Assembly (NCBI GenBank): GCA_034520725.1
Contig: JAXHNH010000009.1
Location: forward strand, 7,252-71,251
From: Gracilimonas sp.
GTDB taxonomy: Bacteria; Bacteroidota; Rhodothermia; Balneolales; Balneolaceae
Direction of reading: 5' to 3'
Length of the DNA stretch: 64,000 nucleotides
Below are positions 60,215 to 64,000 of this stretch, piece after piece (the first letter of the stretch is position 1; every line of letters begins with the position of its first letter). A program made the position numbers and the translations under genes. A model generated the notes under the pieces. It saw only the letters and a program-made list of their open reading frames with translations, did no database searches and was not told the DNA's origin.

Positions 60215-63200
60215 TCACTGAAATTTTCTTGCCAGTACTACAGTATTTTTAAAAGTCTTATTTTTCCCGTTAGCACTGTTGTAAGCTTCAAAGAGTATAA
60301 TATAGATCCCAACTCGATTTTTCTTACGCTCGTCGGTAAGCCCATCCCATATAAGTGATCCCTCAAATCCTGCCGGCTTGCCATCAGCCAACTGCTTAAC
60401 CTGTCGCCCATAGCGATCAAATATTCTGACTCTGAGCAGATAATCTGATTCATCAAGCTTGTAGTTTAAAAACAGGTTGTCTTCAAAGCCATCATCATCT
60501 GGAGAAAATGGATTGGGTGTGAATGCTAAACCGGTCGCTACCGGGGTTGATCCTGCGATTTGGTAAATCGAATTTTGTTCAGCGGGCGTGCCTCCATTTA
60601 CTCGTGTGCTGGAACTCCAGTTGGAATCATCATTACCCGGTCCGTTGGGATCAATTCGTTCAAGAGCTACTCCGTCAGTATCAAAGAGATTCGGGTTATG
60701 CCAGCTTTCGTCATAGAAAACTGAATCGATAGCAACCTTGGTGCTGTCAGCTATATAGATGGCATCATCGGTTGAAGCTAAACTAAGACTGGAACGGTCT
60801 ATTCTAATCTTAAACTCTTCTGTTGAACCCGATATTTCAAAGAATTTGGCCAGCCGGCTATTGTCAAATTCAGTGGCCTGATCTTCTGCATAGATCAACA
60901 CATAATTATTTGAAGGAATCCATTTGTATTGTGAGGATACCGGATCGATGGGCCGGACCTCATTGTTCTCATCCGGTGCATCATGCAGGAATAATCCCTC
61001 GAGTGAAATCGCATAATCCGATCGGTTGTAAAGCTCGATATACTCTGTTTGATCCGGAAGGTTATCTTCAGAATCGGCCAAAGGGTCGAACATGATCTCG
61101 TTGATGACAACGGAGCCCGGTGTGAGTGGTTGTGAAACCTCAATGCTGAGTTCATTGCTGACGTTTCCCCGATAATCTTCAATATTTGAAATGCTAAGAT
61201 TCAGGGCTTTACCCAAACCTGCTGCCACCGGACCGGCAATGATCTGATTACCGTTGTCAGGATCAAAATCATAGATCGAAAGAGAACTTTCGTTGACCGA
61301 TAAGATTGCGTTATTAGGAACCACGAACTCAGAGAATATCAGTGATATTCGGTCATTGTCAATAGTTTTGGCAAAGATAACTTGTGGTGGGTCCTGATCC
61401 GGTTCAAACACAGAACTCTGTGTTCCAGCCGTATTGCCAGATTGGGCTATACTGCTTGCCCAGTTATTTAGGTCGTTGGAAGCCGAAAGGGGATCTTTTC
61501 TTTCAAGGGATACACCCGGTGAATCTCCTCCCCAGTTGTTCTTATAACTCACACTGTCGATAACCATTCCGGATCCATTTTTAATGACCACCACGTCATC
61601 ATTGTCGTTTAAGGAAGGGAACCTAGGAAGGTAAACGACATTACCGTTCAGCATACCATTGATTGTTTGTGTTTTTGCAGCAGTGAAATTTTCGGTATCC
61701 GTCAGTATCAGATATTCTCCGCTTTTGATCTGCGTACCGAAAGGTAAGGTAGTGGAATTGGCCGCATCAGCAAATGTCCAGTTACTCAGGTCAAAATTTT
61801 TGGCACTTTGGTTATACAGCTCTACAAACTCAGGTGAATCACCGGTTAGTCGCCTGTACAGGATCTCATTCACTATGATATCACCCGGCAAAGCATTTGA
61901 AAACTGAGTGAATTCTATATTCACATTTGCTGTGCTCTGCAGGTTACCAAAAATGTCCAGCTGATCCTGTATACTGATGCTGTAAATAGTGCCGTCAGTC
62001 AAAGTAGAAGAAAGAGCGATAGATATCACATTTCCCTCTGTTTGGAGTATAGCATCAATCGAAATATTTGGGGAAATAGTATAGTTTGAGGTATTCGTAG
62101 CCGGACCGGTTTGAATACGTTCATTGTAACGCAGACGTAAAGTATCTGTGCCAACGGTAAAAGCCTGAATTATGAGCGGTGGATCAGTATCAGGGGCAAT
62201 GTCGTTTAGGGTGCCGGGAGTGGCAAGATCCGGGGATGGTGAATCGCCCCAGTTCTCTGAATATATGGAAGGAGCTACAGGGTCAAGTCGCTCTAAAGAA
62301 ACCTGATCACCACCCCAATCAGAGAGGTATGTCAGTGAATCGATCAGCGTACCGTTTTGATCTCTTATCACAATGTCATCAGAGCTGTTGTTTAGTGATG
62401 GGAAGGCGGTACCGAGAACTAAAATATTTTTGTCGGAGAATTGGTCATAAAGGGAGCTGTCAGGGACAAGGATTACATATCCTCCCTGTACCAACTCAGT
62501 ATTGGAATTCGCGATCGTTCGCCGATTTCCCGTGTTATCATTCAGGGTCCAGTTTTGCAGGTCAATGTTCTTGTCGCTTTTGTTGTAAAGTTCGATGAAC
62601 TCAGAATATGCAATAGCCGGATCGTACATGAATTCATTGATCACAACATCACCGGAATCGGCTTCCTGAATATCTATCAGGAAAAAGAGTCGTGACAGTG
62701 AACCGGCGATATTTCCAAATATATCGGCCTGATCCTGAATGGATAATTCATAGGTTGCCCCAAGATCCTGCTTCGGCAGCGAGTATTGAAATTGAATGAT
62801 GACGGTATCCGGTTCCAAAAAAGTGACGCTTGATATTGGAGGAACCTGATCTGCAATTTCAGTCGGGGCCGTTAGTTCATAGTTGGCAATGTTTTCAGCT
62901 GAGGATAATTGTATTCGCTCAGTAAACAGAACTTGTAATGTGCTTTCGTCGATAACATTTAGGTTAACAATATTAGGAGCAATCACATCCTCTGGGATGA
63001 GATTCTCACTTCCCGGAGTTCCGAATTCAGGTGAAGGGGAGTTCCCCCAGTTTTCTTTGTAAATGGAAGGTGCGGTTGGGTCCCTTCGTTCGAGGGCCAC
63101 ATTTTCACCTCCCCAGTTTCTCTCATATTGCAGGGAATCGGCAACTGCACCGACAGAGGTAAATAGCCTGACCTGATCTGAAGTAGTACTGTTAAGGTTT

Positions 63201-64000
63201 GGCAGGGAAGCCTGTATGTAGTAAGCCGGTCCAAAAGTGTTGATCAATGCTGAGGTATCGGGTGTTATCACAGTATAGCTGTCAGGATATAACAGAAAGT
63301 CAGAATCGGAGATCGTTGTTAGCGCAAGCTCATCTCCAACCTGCCAGTTTTTGAGGTTGAGATATTTACTAGATGTGTTTCTTAACTCCACATAATCTGT
63401 GGCACTAGAAGGTGGGTCTTTCATGAATTCGTTGATAATGATATCTCCGTCTGCAAATTCATCGAAGATGAAAAACTCAAAGGAAGTATCGCCTTTGATA
63501 GTCCAGCCACTTACACTTTGAAGGTCATTAAGAATTATGTCACTTGGACCTGACGCAAGTGGAGAAGTAAGATCCAGCTGAATTTGATCTCCGGTTGGTT
63601 GTGAAATGCCGGTGCCGGGATCCGCCGGAACACTGTTGATCATAAAATCACTCGGTTGTATAGAGGCTGGGTCCACACTTTCGCTGAACTCAAGCAGTAG
63701 TTGGCTGCGGGTTATGACGGTTAGACCTGCTAATACGAACGGGTTTTGGAACTCAAATTCGTAGGTGCCATTCGCACTGTTACCAAAAATATCAGTGAGA
63801 TCAGCTGCATCTAGATTCCAGCTTCCATCGTATTCGCTGATCTCATTATCTAAAGTAAGTTCAACGGTGTCCGCTGCAATTTGATTAGCCGTGGTTACAA
63901 GTGGAACAACCGGAGTGCTTACTCCCGGCTGAGGATTTAAGCTTAAGCTGTAATTTCCGGGGTTTTCAGCTGTGATGTTTTCAAGGCGTTCGGAAGAAAC
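60215..64000 (-). CDS. Multi-lamin-tail-domain secreted protein with Ig-like spacers and T9SS type-B-like C-terminal domain; 5' end outside window
   Basis: Four IINE...YVELxN / SLER.DP..PS...NW..S...GTPG modules; PNPFSPDDDG...IFDRYGRQV; frame stays open from 63676 to 64000. Confidence 0.85.
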   Translation of the reverse strand, partial: VSSERLENITAENPGNYSLSLNPQPGVSTPVVPLVTTANQIAADTVELTLDNEISEYDGSWNLDAADLTDIFGNSANGTYEFEFQNPFVLAGLTVITRSQLLLEFSESVDPASIQPSDFMINSVPADPGTGISQPTGDQIQLDLTSPLASGPSDIILNDLQSVSGWTIKGDTSFEFFIFDEFADGDIIINEFMKDPPSSATDYVELRNTSSKYLNLKNWQVGDELALTTISDSDFLLYPDSYTVITPDTSALINTFGPAYYIQASLPNLNSTTSDQVRLFTSVGAVADSLQYERNWGGENVALERRDPTAPSIYKENWGNSPSPEFGTPGSENLIPEDVIAPNIVNLNVIDESTLQVLFTERIQLSSAENIANYELTAPTEIADQVPPISSVTFLEPDTVIIQFQYSLPKQDLGATYELSIQDQADIFGNIAGSLSRLFFLIDIQEADSGDVVINEFMYDPAIAYSEFIELYNKSDKNIDLQNWTLNDNTGNRRTIANSNTELVQGGYVILVPDSSLYDQFSDKNILVLGTAFPSLNNSSDDIVIRDQNGTLIDSLTYLSDWGGDQVSLERLDPVAPSIYSENWGDSPSPDLATPGTLNDIAPDTDPPLIIQAFTVGTDTLRLRYNERIQTGPATNTSNYTISPNISIDAILQTEGNVISIALSSTLTDGTIYSISIQDQLDIFGNLQSTANVNIEFTQFSNALPGDIIVNEILYRRLTGDSPEFVELYNQSAKNFDLSNWTFADAANSTTLPFGTQIKSGEYLILTDTENFTAAKTQTINGMLNGNVVYLPRFPSLNDNDDVVVIKNGSGMVIDSVSYKNNWGGDSPGVSLERKDPLSASNDLNNWASSIAQSGNTAGTQSSVFEPDQDPPQVIFAKTIDNDRISLIFSEFVVPNNAILSVNESSLSIYDFDPDNGNQIIAGPVAAGLGKALNLSISNIEDYRGNVSNELSIEVSQPLTPGSVVINEIMFDPLADSEDNLPDQTEYIELYNRSDYAISLEGLFLHDAPDENNEVRPIDPVSSQYKWIPSNNYVLIYAEDQATEFDNSRLAKFFEISGSTEEFKIRIDRSSLSLASTDDAIYIADSTKVAIDSVFYDESWHNPNLFDTDGVALERIDPNGPGNDDSNWSSSTRVNGGTPAEQNSIYQIAGSTPVATGLAFTPNPFSPDDDGFEDNLFLNYKLDESDYLLRVRIFDRYGRQVKQLADGKPAGFEGSLIWDGLTDERKKNRVGIYIILFEAYNSANGKNKTFKNTVVLARKFQ

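Overview
Bacterial chromosome window. The gene set (YtxH, DUF2851, DUF3078, TAnnTTTG-type promoters, T9SS-like C-terminal domain) points to the FCB group, most likely Balneolota/Balneolaceae; this is an inference. Most of it is housekeeping: accA...cdsA operon, hflX, aroA, hsp20-dnaK, tsaD, rnhA, pyrF, feoAAB, tRNA-Gln-prs-rplY-pth, membrane pyrophosphatase, ALDH, PhoH, mscL, OPT, murI. I found no phage, CRISPR array, integrase, transposase or reverse transcriptase. Four things stand out. (1) 24-40 kb holds two diverged tandem copies of the block [PLP decarboxylase > unknown gene > variable cargo > pyrF]. They are joined by an in-frame pyrF'::'decarboxylase fusion at a 5-bp microhomology, several copies are decaying, and one ~600-bp tract is homogenised to ~98% identity. 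(2) The isolated +1 frameshifts in hppA and phoH, and one lesion in the decarboxylase pseudogene, all fall at an in-frame CTT-A. (3) Intergenic gaps repeatedly carry palindromic arrays with strict 7-, 8- or 9-nt periodicity but different unit sequences; one arm has expanded into a (CTGCTAA)10 microsatellite. (4) hsp20-dnaK is preceded by a canonically spaced sigma54-type promoter with tandem CTGAC-N5-GTCAG-like sites. Identities and counts were done by hand and need confirmation by alignment.
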